64,000 bases of DNA from Alphaproteobacteria bacterium (GTDB lineage Bacteria > Pseudomonadota > Alphaproteobacteria > UBA8317), in the NCBI GenBank assembly GCA_038131935.1, contig JAYPQH010000018.1:32001-96000 (forward strand), written 5' to 3'. This document shows, piece after piece, positions 10,967 to 21,697 of the stretch. Below the pieces are notes generated by a model. It made no database searches and was not told the DNA's origin. It saw nothing but the letters and a program-made list of their open reading frames with translations. Position numbers and translations under genes: made by a program. The first letter of the stretch is position 1. Each line of letters starts with the position of its first letter.

Positions 10967-11651
10967 CTAATTTTCCAGTGCTACATCAATAAAGAACCAT
11001 TTATTTTTTAACAAAACACCCAATTTCTCAATTCGGTGGGGTGCGTTAGCACCAAAATCCAACCATTTGGCTTTGCTTCCGATGTCTTGGGCGGATATAT
11101 ACAAGTCGCTATAACCAACTGGCTGGGCGATAAATACCTCCTGAACATCTTGAAAGGTTTGTTAAAAATTCTTGCACGATTTCAAGAGGCCAAGGTTGAT
11201 CTTGTACGATTTGCTTTGCTCCGGCAAATGGTGCACGTGATAGCTGTTCACCATGTAAATCAGCAATATCAAGCACGAGGTGATGAGGGATACAGAGCTC
11301 GGCACAAAAACCAACGTAAAAATCCAATCGTCCCTCTAAAACTGGCAAGCTGGTGCGTAAAATAGCTTGGTTACCATAGCCAAGATAACTACCTCCTGAG
11401 GACAAAAATAAACGTTCAGGTTTTGAACCCTCTAAATTCAGAGCATCATTGTTGAATATCAATTGCGGAGGGAAACCTAGTGGACCTGGATTGGTGGCGT
11501 AGGTGGTATGACCCGGTGACGGGGTGAGGGATATATAAAGGGTGTGATCATCACGAGATAGCGACACAATGCCACCATCGAGCTTTTTTGTGATGGCAAG
11601 CAGATTGTCTGGCCTAGCTAGTACAAGGAGTGCTACCAACAGCAGAAACAT
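10967..11651 (-). CDS. DsbD N-terminal-like domain periplasmic protein (apparent frameshift near 11153)
   Basis: Start at ATG 11651 with signal peptide; G.HTTYA.NPG..G.PP and C...C.P motifs; +1 frame stays open from ~11152 to TAG at 10967; sits between prx and algH. Confidence 0.7.
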
Positions 11652-11673
11652 CACTCTCGTAGGATGATAAGTT

Positions 11674-12231
11674 ATGCAAGAACTCCTAGGTCGTATCATT
11701 GTTGCTGCCCCCAATATGATAGATAAAAATTTTGCCCGGACAGTCATATATATTGCCAATGCTGAGAAAGGCGATGGCGTTCTAGGTTTTGTCATCAATA
11801 GACCAAGTCGCGTCAAACTGCGCGATATCGCCGAGCAAATTCACGTCCAAGCTGTGGAACCACATGCATCAGCTCAAATTTATCATGGTGGCCCTGTTGG
11901 CGTCCAGCAAGGTTTTGTTCTGCACTCGCCTGATTATGCAGATAAGCAAACCCTCCGAAACCATCATCGGGGGGTGTATATGTCCAACAGTCTTGACGTC
12001 ATGAGGGCCATTGCGCGTAACCAAGGTCCTAAATCTTATCGGCTTTTGTTAGGTTATGCTGGCTGGGGTGATGGGCAGCTCACAGAGGAAGTCAAACGAC
12101 ATGATTGGTTAATCTCGCCATTTTCCATTGATTATATTTTTGGCACACCTATTCCAGACCTTTGGCAAAAGCTTATTGATCAAATGAATATAAATATTGC
12201 TGGCTATTCTGACATAAGCGGATCGGCATGA
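11674..12231 (+). CDS. algH: YqgE/AlgH family protein
   Basis: F.RTVIYI, G.VINRP, GGPV, LGYAGW..GQL..E...W. Confidence 0.92.
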   Translation: MQELLGRIIVAAPNMIDKNFARTVIYIANAEKGDGVLGFVINRPSRVKLRDIAEQIHVQAVEPHASAQIYHGGPVGVQQGFVLHSPDYADKQTLRNHHRGVYMSNSLDVMRAIARNQGPKSYRLLLGYAGWGDGQLTEEVKRHDWLISPFSIDYIFGTPIPDLWQKLIDQMNINIAGYSDISGSA

Positions 12232-12806
12232 AGTCGTGCAAAAAGCAAATGATCTTGATGCATTCCATTGATACGCAAATAACTCCGCGCTAGCCCTTCC
12301 TGGATAAACCCACAGGCGGTAAGAAGCTTTCTTGAAGGTATGTTTTCTGGAAGCACCGCTGCCTCAATTCGTCTCAATCCCGCCTCATGATGAGCATAAC
12401 GGCATAATTCGCGCAATGCTTCGCGCATCAAACCTTGACCTTGACGCTGGCCATCCAACCAATAACCCACCATCCCTGTACCGGGTCGGCCTCGGTCTAG
12501 CGAAGAGAGCGTAATGCCGCCAATAAGATGTAGCTCTGGTTTTAAAAACAAAAACAAAGCCAATCCCTGTTGTTGGGCCCATAATTCCTGCGCATAGCGC
12601 ATACGGCGCCGGTATCCAGATCTTGCCAAGGCATCAGGTTGCCAGGTTGGTTCAACAGACTGCAACGCTGCCTTATTAGAACGACGCACCTGAACAAAAG
12701 ACGAAAAATCTTGTGGTTCTGGCATCCGCAATGTCAAACGCGAGGTATGCAAGGTTACAGGCTGGCGTCTGCCTGTGATGACATGGATGACATCGCGCAT
12801 ACTCAT
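12204..12806 (-). CDS. rimJ: RimJ/RimL family N-acetyltransferase
   Basis: RLTLR.P, GYWL...QGQGLM.EA, RIEAA.LPEN..S, EGLARSYLRING...DH. Confidence 0.88.
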   Translation of the reverse strand: MSMRDVIHVITGRRQPVTLHTSRLTLRMPEPQDFSSFVQVRRSNKAALQSVEPTWQPDALARSGYRRRMRYAQELWAQQQGLALFLFLKPELHLIGGITLSSLDRGRPGTGMVGYWLDGQRQGQGLMREALRELCRYAHHEAGLRRIEAAVLPENIPSRKLLTACGFIQEGLARSYLRINGMHQDHLLFARLHADPLMSE

Positions 12807-14068
12807 CCAAAGATAATCCGTTCTAACTGCGGCAAATGGCCTTCCGCTTTGGGTCCTAATAGATAACAGACCGGAGCATTATTTGCTGCCAACTGCTCAG
12901 CCATGGCTCTCATATCATTGATATTCAGGTGATCAATTGGTTCCAAAAGTTCACGGGGATGGCGCAAATCATCATGCCATTGTAACCTACGCGCTGCATA
13001 ATCCACCCTGTTGGCAGCATGCTCCCAATTCATCACCGCCGCAGACCTTGTTTGATTTTTGGCACGTGTGAGGTTGTCTTGAATAAAGTCGCCCTTGGCG
13101 ACCTGCTCCAAAATCATTCTCATCAAAGCTGTTGCCTCTAAAATGCGGTTAGGATGGGTGCTGACATAAAATCCCAATTGGCCTGTTTCGCGTAATCCAG
13201 CATAAAAGGCATAAACAGAATAGGCCAACCCACGCTCTTCTCGAATTTTTTGGAACAAAGGGGAGCTCATTCCACCCCCCATTAAATTCGCAAATACCTG
13301 CCATGACATGTATTGCTCACCTGCAAGACCTGAAACTGGTAATGTCCAAAGCAGATGGCTTTGAGCCGAACTATTTCGATCCGTGGCAGCAATGGCCGAT
13401 GCTGGTGACGCTGGGGGTTCATCATCGAGGTTTTGTTGCGTAGGCAATCTACCAAGAAACCGTTCAGCCAACTCTTCAACCGCATCATGCCTGTACCGAC
13501 CAGCAACAACCAACGCCATGCGACCGGGACGAACAAATCGTTCAAATATTCCTTTGACCTGGTCACGGTGATAGGCAGCCACCTGCTCAGGCTGACCCAA
13601 AGCACGGTGCCCCAAAGGCTGATTTGGAAAAGCTATATCATTGTGAAGGTCAAAAATAAGATCATCAGGAATATCTTCAGCTTGTGCAATTTCCTGCAGA
13701 ACCACATCGCGCTCTGTTTGAATATCAGCGTCGTCAAACACACTATTGCACAAAATATCTGAGAGTATTTCGATGAAGACAGGTAGATGTTCAGACAAAC
13801 CCCTAGCATGGTAAACGGTATGATCGCGCGCGGTATAGGCATTGATACTGCCACCTACATCTTCAATTGCTTGCGCAATTTGTAAGGCCGTGCGCTGATA
13901 TGTTCCCTTAAAAGCCATATGCTCTAAGAAATGCGCCAATCCCTCCTCAGCAGGAAACTCGTGACGTGTTCCCGCATACACAAAAATCGCAACATGCACA
14001 GATAATGCTTGCGCATCATGCTCACTGAGAACTTTCAAACCATTCGGTAAAATTGTAAAATCTGTCAT
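12803..14068 (-). CDS. M16 family zinc peptidase (MPP-like)
   Basis: HFLEH motif, NAYT, GGGMSS.LFQ.IREERGLAY. Confidence 0.93.
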   Translation of the reverse strand: MTDFTILPNGLKVLSEHDAQALSVHVAIFVYAGTRHEFPAEEGLAHFLEHMAFKGTYQRTALQIAQAIEDVGGSINAYTARDHTVYHARGLSEHLPVFIEILSDILCNSVFDDADIQTERDVVLQEIAQAEDIPDDLIFDLHNDIAFPNQPLGHRALGQPEQVAAYHRDQVKGIFERFVRPGRMALVVAGRYRHDAVEELAERFLGRLPTQQNLDDEPPASPASAIAATDRNSSAQSHLLWTLPVSGLAGEQYMSWQVFANLMGGGMSSPLFQKIREERGLAYSVYAFYAGLRETGQLGFYVSTHPNRILEATALMRMILEQVAKGDFIQDNLTRAKNQTRSAAVMNWEHAANRVDYAARRLQWHDDLRHPRELLEPIDHLNINDMRAMAEQLAANNAPVCYLLGPKAEGHLPQLERIIFG

Positions 14069-15468
14069 GAGACTCCGACATGTGAACGGATATGCTGTTT
14101 CACTTTATCAAGGTCAGCGGGTAATATGCTCTCACGTTCAGCTGCGCAGAGGCGTGCTTTTAGCCCTTCAGGCAGCGTTGGTGTGATCTGAATACTTTGA
14201 TGAACGGCCTCAGGAAACTTGGCTGGATGTGCACAAGCCAGGCACACATCTATGACATCACCGGATGGGGGTGCTGTGTAATGCGCATGCAAACCCGTAG
14301 CTGTATGGGGATCAATAACCAAACCTGTCTCATGATAAACCCTAGCAATGACATTACGAATGTCATCATCTTGCGCAGAACAGGCAGAAAACAACGATCG
14401 ATGTTCATGACGATTAAAATCCTCTGGCATATCAAATCCACCCTGTGCCAACGCTTGCATCAATCCCTTGGTGCGCTCAGCATCACGCCCCATGAACAGA
14501 TACATCAAGCGCTCAAAATTTGATGACACCTGAATGTCCATCGCGGGAGACAAGGTTTCGTGAACATGATTTGGCCTGTATTCACCAAGGTCAAAAACTC
14601 TCCTGATAATGTCATTGGCGTTTGTTGCAGCCACCAAACCAGCCATAGGTACGCCAATCGCATGAGCCACATAACCTGCAAATATATCACCAAAGTTACC
14701 AGTAGGGACAACATAGCGAAGCCGGCCTCCAAGACCATCCAACGCCATAGAGGTGGTCACATAATAAACAGCTTGAGCCATCACCCTTGCCCAGTTAATG
14801 GAATTCACACCAGACAAAGACATATCTTCTACGAATGAACGGTCTGAGAACATGTGCTTCACCAAAGCTTGGCAATCATCAAATGTTCCCTCAATCGCAA
14901 TAATATGAACATTATCTTCTTGTGCCGTTGTCATCTGTTGGCGCTGAACCTGAGATACACGTCCGTGAGGGTATAAAATGACCACATCAGCATGTTGCCG
15001 TCCACGAAATGCCTCTACAGCTGCAGCTCCTGTATCTCCTGACGTTGCACCTATGATGGTGGCCCTTCGTGCGTGGAGGGATAGCATTTTGTCAAATAAT
15101 CGACCAATGAATTGCATCGCAAGGTCTTTAAAAGCCAAGGTGGGACCATGATAGAGTTCCATCAAAAAAGCTTGTTGGGATAGCTGTGTCACAGGAACAA
15201 CGGCCTTATGGTCAAAGCCTTCATATGCTTGATGAGACAATTGGAGCATATCATCAAATGTAAGTGCATCACCAACAAAAGGGTGCATGACCCGAGCTGC
15301 CACCTCCGCATATTCTTTTCCACGAAGTTCTTGTAGCTTCAATGGATCAGCTTTTGGCCATGTTTGTGGCAGATACAAGCCTCCATCTGGTGCCAGTCCT
15401 TGAAACAAGACATCTGTAAAGGACACAGCGCTTGCACCACCTCGGGTGCTTTCATAACGCATCATCAT
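14065..15468 (-). CDS. thrC: Threonine synthase
   Basis: STRG, GLAPDGGLY, ELYHGPTLAFKD, ATSGDTG, NSINWAR, VPTGNFG. Confidence 0.97.
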   Translation of the reverse strand: MMMRYESTRGGASAVSFTDVLFQGLAPDGGLYLPQTWPKADPLKLQELRGKEYAEVAARVMHPFVGDALTFDDMLQLSHQAYEGFDHKAVVPVTQLSQQAFLMELYHGPTLAFKDLAMQFIGRLFDKMLSLHARRATIIGATSGDTGAAAVEAFRGRQHADVVILYPHGRVSQVQRQQMTTAQEDNVHIIAIEGTFDDCQALVKHMFSDRSFVEDMSLSGVNSINWARVMAQAVYYVTTSMALDGLGGRLRYVVPTGNFGDIFAGYVAHAIGVPMAGLVAATNANDIIRRVFDLGEYRPNHVHETLSPAMDIQVSSNFERLMYLFMGRDAERTKGLMQALAQGGFDMPEDFNRHEHRSLFSACSAQDDDIRNVIARVYHETGLVIDPHTATGLHAHYTAPPSGDVIDVCLACAHPAKFPEAVHQSIQITPTLPEGLKARLCAAERESILPADLDKVKQHIRSHVGVS

Positions 15469-15518
15469 ACTCCCATCCCATCAATCTTTGCCTCTTCTAT
15501 CTGACTGCTCACATTTGG

Positions 15519-16188
15519 TCACCCCCGAAGGTTCCGCAGCCATATAATCATACAAAAAACCCCAACAATACCGAGTGCAAGCCAGGTCAGGGCATATTGC
15601 AAATGATTATTGGGAATCCCTCCAATGACCTCTTGGTAGGGACCGACGTTTGGTATTCAAACTGCCACGGTCTTTTTCTGCAGGTGCCAAAAGCTCAATA
15701 AAATCTGAACTTGTAGCACCCACCAACATACCATCTCGTGAAAACAATAGCCGTTCCTGTTCATCTGGTTGAGGGGTAAAAATAGAGGATTGCTGAGCAG
15801 GCCTTAAAAGACCAATGGACTGCACATACCATGGTTCTCTCTTTTGCCATTGATCCCACTGTTGATCGGGCACAAACCCCAAATCTACAGCCACCTTCTC
15901 TCCCTTTGAGGATATTAACAAACCAAACAATCGATAGCCGCGAACTTTGTCCAAAGTTACCAATTGCCGCCACACATTTTGGATTTCACCCTCTACTTTG
16001 ACGAATGCGAGAGGCTGAAGTGATGGCTTGTATTCCTCTAAAGGTAAAGACCAAGCCAATTGTAATTCCTTAAGAAGTTGCGACTTCCAATCAAGCCGTT
16101 GCCACTGCCAAAATGAGAGATAGAAACAGCCCAAGGTCACCACCAAGATAAACCCTATGAAACTAACCTGACGTGTTGTCATCACCAA
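15519..16188 (-). CDS. surf1: SURF1/Shy1 cytochrome oxidase assembly protein (frameshifted near 15618-15677)
   Basis: L..WQWQRLDWK, VD.GFVP; conserved C-terminal IPNNHLQYALTW lies in another frame and ends at TGA 15519. Confidence 0.88.
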
Positions 16189-16348
16189 AGCATCCTATGC
16201 TCAGAAACACCTCTATTGCATCACAACCAAATCGATATTCACCATGAATATAACTATTGATTGCATTCATCGTTTAGGTGTTATCTCCAGAAATATTATG
16301 AAAATGCAGAACCAAATATCAAAAAGAAAAAGGCCTTTAAAAATCTAC

Positions 16349-16378
16349 AAAAGAAAAGCCCTTCCTCGCGGAAGGGCT
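16349..16378 (-). terminator. Rho-independent terminator after ctaE
   Basis: AGCCCTTCC-GCGA-GGAAGGGCT stem with GNRA loop followed by TTTCTTTT on the minus strand. Confidence 0.8.
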
Positions 16379-16440
16379 ATAGATTATTCACATATCAAAT
16401 CATGTCTTAACGCGCGAAGAAATTAACCTTCACCTGCAGC

Positions 16441-17274
16441 TTAATGCGCTGAATGCCCAGCACCCCAAACATATATGGCCGCAAATAAGAACAACCACAC
16501 AACATCCACAAAGTGCCAGTACCATGCTGCAGCTTCCAACCCGTTATGCTTTTTCGCAGAAAAATCACCTTGCGTGGAACGTATCAAACATACCAACAGG
16601 AACAATGTTCCGACAAACACGTGAAATCCGTGAAAGCCAGTAGCCATAAAGAAGGTTGCGCCGTAAATATTCTCGGAGAATGCGAATCCTGCCTCAGCAT
16701 ATTCGATAATTTGGAACGCCGAAAATAAAGCCCCAAGTAAAACGGTTAACGCAAGACCTTGCACCAAACCCTTACGCTCATCATGCATAATTGCATGGTG
16801 CGCCCAAGTAACCGTAACCCCAGAGAGCAATAGAATAACAGTGTTGGTCAGTGGCAAATGCCAAGGATTAAAGGTTTGCACACCTTCGGGAGGCCAAACA
16901 CCACCTGTATGTTCCAAACGCAAGAACTGCCTCGCTTCATCTGGGAAGAGACTTACGTCGAAATATGCCCAGAACCAAGCCACAAAGAACATAACTTCTG
17001 AAGCAATGAACAAGGTAATTCCGTAGCGTAAATGCATATTCACAACAGGGGTATGATCACCACCACGTGACTCTGACACCACATCGCGCCACCACCCAAA
17101 CATTGTGAAAAGAACACCCAAGAAACCGGCGATAAATAAGAAAGGACCGATTTCACCATGCAGCCAAAAGACCACACCGATCGCCATAATGAAGGCACTT
17201 ACGGAGCCTACAAATGGCCAAGGGCTTGGATTTACAAGATGATAATCATGTTGTTTTGCATGTGCGTCTGCCAT
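16441..17274 (-). CDS. ctaE: Cytochrome c oxidase subunit III
   Basis: HDYHLVNPSPWP, FIASEVMFF, ATGFHGFHV, WYWHFVDVVWLFLF. Confidence 0.97.
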   Translation of the reverse strand: MADAHAKQHDYHLVNPSPWPFVGSVSAFIMAIGVVFWLHGEIGPFLFIAGFLGVLFTMFGWWRDVVSESRGGDHTPVVNMHLRYGITLFIASEVMFFVAWFWAYFDVSLFPDEARQFLRLEHTGGVWPPEGVQTFNPWHLPLTNTVILLLSGVTVTWAHHAIMHDERKGLVQGLALTVLLGALFSAFQIIEYAEAGFAFSENIYGATFFMATGFHGFHVFVGTLFLLVCLIRSTQGDFSAKKHNGLEAAAWYWHFVDVVWLFLFAAIYVWGAGHSAH

Positions 17275-17316
17275 GTTTTTTTTCACACCTCTGCTATTTT
17301 TTTCTATTATAACACA

Positions 17317-17871
17317 TCAAATTGTCTTTGCACCATTAGCCATCAGATGAACCCTCTGATGGGAAAAGGTATAAGACAAAGTAATTTCCGTCACATCATC
17401 TAAACTGGCGTCCTGCATAATATCTGGATCCACGAAGAATGATACTGGCATATCTACAGATTGCCCAGGATGCAATGTTTGTTCTGTAAAACAAAAACAT
17501 GCAATTTTGTTAAAATATGGACCAGCCTTATGGGGCGTTACATTGAAGGTGGCAGTCCCAATCATTTCGTTGTTCTGCATATTTTGTGCATGATAAAATG
17601 CCAAATGCTCTTCGCCCACGCGAACGTCCATTACAGTTTGTACTGCAGAAAATTTCCAACCCGCAGACTGGAGTGATTTTTCGGTATTTGCATCAAAACG
17701 GATTCTAATAACACGATCTGACGTCACACCTATTTGTGAAGCCTCAGCCCTCTGAATGGTACCACCATAACCTGTTACCTGGCAAAACAATTGATACAAT
17801 GGGACTGATGCATAGGCTAAACCTACCATCCCAACAATGACGCATGACAGCAGAAAAGCAGTCCGACGCAT
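17317..17871 (-). CDS. ctaG: Cytochrome c oxidase assembly protein CtaG/Cox11
   Basis: VPLY..FCQVTGYGGT, YFNKIACFCF, ITLSYTF. Confidence 0.96.
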   Translation of the reverse strand: MRRTAFLLSCVIVGMVGLAYASVPLYQLFCQVTGYGGTIQRAEASQIGVTSDRVIRIRFDANTEKSLQSAGWKFSAVQTVMDVRVGEEHLAFYHAQNMQNNEMIGTATFNVTPHKAGPYFNKIACFCFTEQTLHPGQSVDMPVSFFVDPDIMQDASLDDVTEITLSYTFSHQRVHLMANGAKTI

Positions 17872-17882
17872 AAACTGTCCCC

Positions 17883-18017
17883 TTATAAAGGTCTGTTGGC
17901 GATGTTACCGCCAAGTTTAACAATTGTTATAAAGAAGAATAAGGTCACAAGACCAACCAAGATTCCAAGAACAACCCAATTGCGACGTTGTCGTCTTTTC
18001 AAGAACTCAGAATCCAT
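17883..18017 (-). CDS. Small single-TM CoxF-like protein (44 aa)
   Basis: Manual translation MDSEFLKRRQRRNWVVLGILVGLVTLFFFITIVKLGGNIANRPL; basic patch plus TM, between ctaB and ctaG. Confidence 0.8.
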   Translation of the reverse strand: MDSEFLKRRQRRNWVVLGILVGLVTLFFFITIVKLGGNIANRPL

Positions 18018-18924
18018 CAAACACACCATCAATCAAAAGGGCTGCAAACAAAACAAACAAATGGACAATTGAAACACCAAAACATTGTTTGGCACGTTTG
18101 ATCATGAGATCTGTATTACTCATGTAAAGCCTACCACATGACCAACAAAACCAAAGGCCAACGATGGCGGCAATCACCCCATACATATTTCCGGCCCAAC
18201 CAAAATACCATGGCAACAATCCAATCGGCCAAAGAAGCAAGGAATACAGCAAAATTTGCAACTTTGTATGCTGCTGCCCATGCACAATAGGCATCATGGG
18301 AACCCCAGCGGCCCTGTAGTCTTCCTCTTTAAACAAGGAAAGTGCCCAAAAATGGGGAGGTGTCCACATAAAAATAATAGCCACCATGACAATAGGTTCC
18401 CAAGAGAATTGCTGCGTAACACTCACCCAAGACACCAGAGGGGGCAACGCCCCTGCCAAACCACCAATAACAATATTTTGCGGCGTCGCTCTCTTCAACC
18501 AAACCGTGTAGACAACTGCGTAAAAGAAAATGGTAAATGCGAGTAACCCTGCACCCATCCAAGAAACATTCAGGCCAAGCATCAACACAGAGGCCACAGA
18601 CAAAGCAATTCCAAAGGATAAGGCGTCACCTGGGCGAACACGGCCAGAAGCAATGGGTCTTTGTGCTGTTCGCGACATCAAACGATCGATATCAACGTCA
18701 TAATACATATTCAGGGCGCCAGAGGCGCCAGCACCTATTGCAATACAAAGAATTGTGGTGAAGGCAAGGACGATATGAATGTCGCCATCTGCTCTTACAA
18801 GACCAACCAGCGCGGTAAAGATGACCAAGGACATCACGCGAGGCTTAAGTAGGAGCCAAAAATCATGGATATCCGTCACCGTGGCGTCAGTCTGATGCTC
18901 TCGTTCTAGTTGAATATCCGTCAT
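18007..18924 (-). CDS. ctaB: Protoheme IX farnesyltransferase (heme o synthase)
   Basis: LLKPRVMSLV, D.DID..M.RT..RP, QNIVIGG.AGA.PP, WTPPHFWAL. Confidence 0.97.
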   Translation of the reverse strand: MTDIQLEREHQTDATVTDIHDFWLLLKPRVMSLVIFTALVGLVRADGDIHIVLAFTTILCIAIGAGASGALNMYYDVDIDRLMSRTAQRPIASGRVRPGDALSFGIALSVASVLMLGLNVSWMGAGLLAFTIFFYAVVYTVWLKRATPQNIVIGGLAGALPPLVSWVSVTQQFSWEPIVMVAIIFMWTPPHFWALSLFKEEDYRAAGVPMMPIVHGQQHTKLQILLYSLLLWPIGLLPWYFGWAGNMYGVIAAIVGLWFCWSCGRLYMSNTDLMIKRAKQCFGVSIVHLFVLFAALLIDGVFDGF

Positions 18925-18957
18925 ATTTTTGAAACCATCCACAGCTTTTGAAGAGTA

Positions 18958-18984
18958 AGACCGACGTTCAAAGAAAGTCGGTCT
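18958..18984 (-). terminator. Stem-loop between ctaD and ctaB
   Basis: AGACCGAC...GTCGGTCT 8-bp inverted repeat; weak U tract. Confidence 0.45.
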
Positions 18985-19009
18985 ATATATTTTGACAATT
19001 CAACAACCC

Positions 19010-20617
<1,608 letters not shown>

Positions 20618-20635
20618 TTATCTCCTTTGGAAAAT

Positions 20636-21472
20636 TTACTTGCTGTTTGCTGCAAGCTTGGGAGTGGCATCCGCATCTAGCCGAGCCAACAAGGCTTTCG
20701 CCTGATCGATATCTTCTGACGCCGCAGCAGCCCACTGTTCGTATACATCTTGTGAAACCACCTTTACCATAATCGGCATAAAGGCATGACGCACCCCACA
20801 CAACTCAGAACATTGCCCGTAATACAGGCCTTCTTTCTCGGCGCGGAACCATGTCTCGTTCAAACGGCCTGGAACGGCGTCCATTTTGATGCCAAAGGCA
20901 GGCATTGCCCAGTTGTGAATCACATCCTGCGCCGTCACCAAAACTTTCACGTTGGTATTTACAGGGACGACCATGGCATAGTCCGTGGCCAAAAGAGCGG
21001 GAAGACCAGCTTTCTTTGCTTCATCCCGCTCGAGCATGATCGCATCAAAAGCGATATTTTGGTCAGGGTATTCATAACCCCAATACCACTGATATCCGAT
21101 CGCTTTTACCGTAAGGTCTGCTTCTGGAATCCGATCTTGAAAATACAACAAGCGCAGAGATGGAACAGAAATAACCACAAGGATCAAAATGGGAACAACC
21201 GTCCAAATAACCTCAATGGTGGTGTTGTGGCTAAACCGAGATGGGTTTGGATTGGATTGCCTGTTGTAACGTATGACGACCCATGCAAGCAAAACAAAAA
21301 CAAGCACAACAATAGCCGTTATGATCGGCAGCATCAAATTATGAAACGCGTTGATGTCTTCCATAACAGGCGTCGCTGCCGCCTGGAAATTTAATTGCCA
21401 ATTCTCAGGTTGTCCGGCGTAGGCAAGGCTACCAAAGCCCATTACCATCCCCGAGGTCAAAAGCCTCATCAT
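20636..21472 (-). CDS. ctaC: Cytochrome c oxidase subunit II
   Basis: GYQWYW.YEY, DVIH, CuA site CSELCG..HAFM; SD AGGAG. Confidence 0.98.
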   Translation of the reverse strand: MMRLLTSGMVMGFGSLAYAGQPENWQLNFQAAATPVMEDINAFHNLMLPIITAIVVLVFVLLAWVVIRYNRQSNPNPSRFSHNTTIEVIWTVVPILILVVISVPSLRLLYFQDRIPEADLTVKAIGYQWYWGYEYPDQNIAFDAIMLERDEAKKAGLPALLATDYAMVVPVNTNVKVLVTAQDVIHNWAMPAFGIKMDAVPGRLNETWFRAEKEGLYYGQCSELCGVRHAFMPIMVKVVSQDVYEQWAAAASEDIDQAKALLARLDADATPKLAANSK

Positions 21473-21514
21473 GCTCAACTCCTAAATTACACCTCTGGTT
21501 TGTATTTACCACGT

Positions 21515-21543
21515 AATAAAAGTATTTCACCCTGTTCTGTCAA
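21515..21543 (-). promoter_or_regulatory. Putative sigma70 promoter of the cox operon
   Basis: Minus strand TTGACA-17 nt-TTTATT about 45 nt upstream of ctaC. Confidence 0.5.
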
Positions 21544-21697
21544 TCACGACTTATGGTCACACCAGGAAGAAAATTCACCAACCTGATGACACAGATGCCT
21601 TTTCATCCTATTTGATGAGTATACCTAAACAAAAAAGCTTAAAGAAATTTATTGTAAAGCGTTGCTTTTCATGGCGTCTGTAGGAGTTCTTTTTATT

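Noticed and set aside
11146-11153. Shared CATCTTGA motif at the DsbD-like and ileS error sites (methylation artefact?)
   Set aside because: The same 8-mer occurs in rluB (~37806) and the dctM tail (~55243) without disruption.
16244-16426. 60-aa plus-strand ORF between SURF1 and ctaE
   Set aside because: AT-rich, antisense to the operon, spans the terminator, no SD or motif.
20786-21394. 202-aa ORF antisense to ctaC, and many other 60-170-aa shadow ORFs
   Set aside because: They lie fully within well-supported genes on the other strand or frame and carry no recognisable motifs.
21612-21625. FNR/FixK box upstream of ctaC (TTGAT-GAGT-ATACC)
   Set aside because: Second half-site deviates from ATCAA at several positions; chance match likely.
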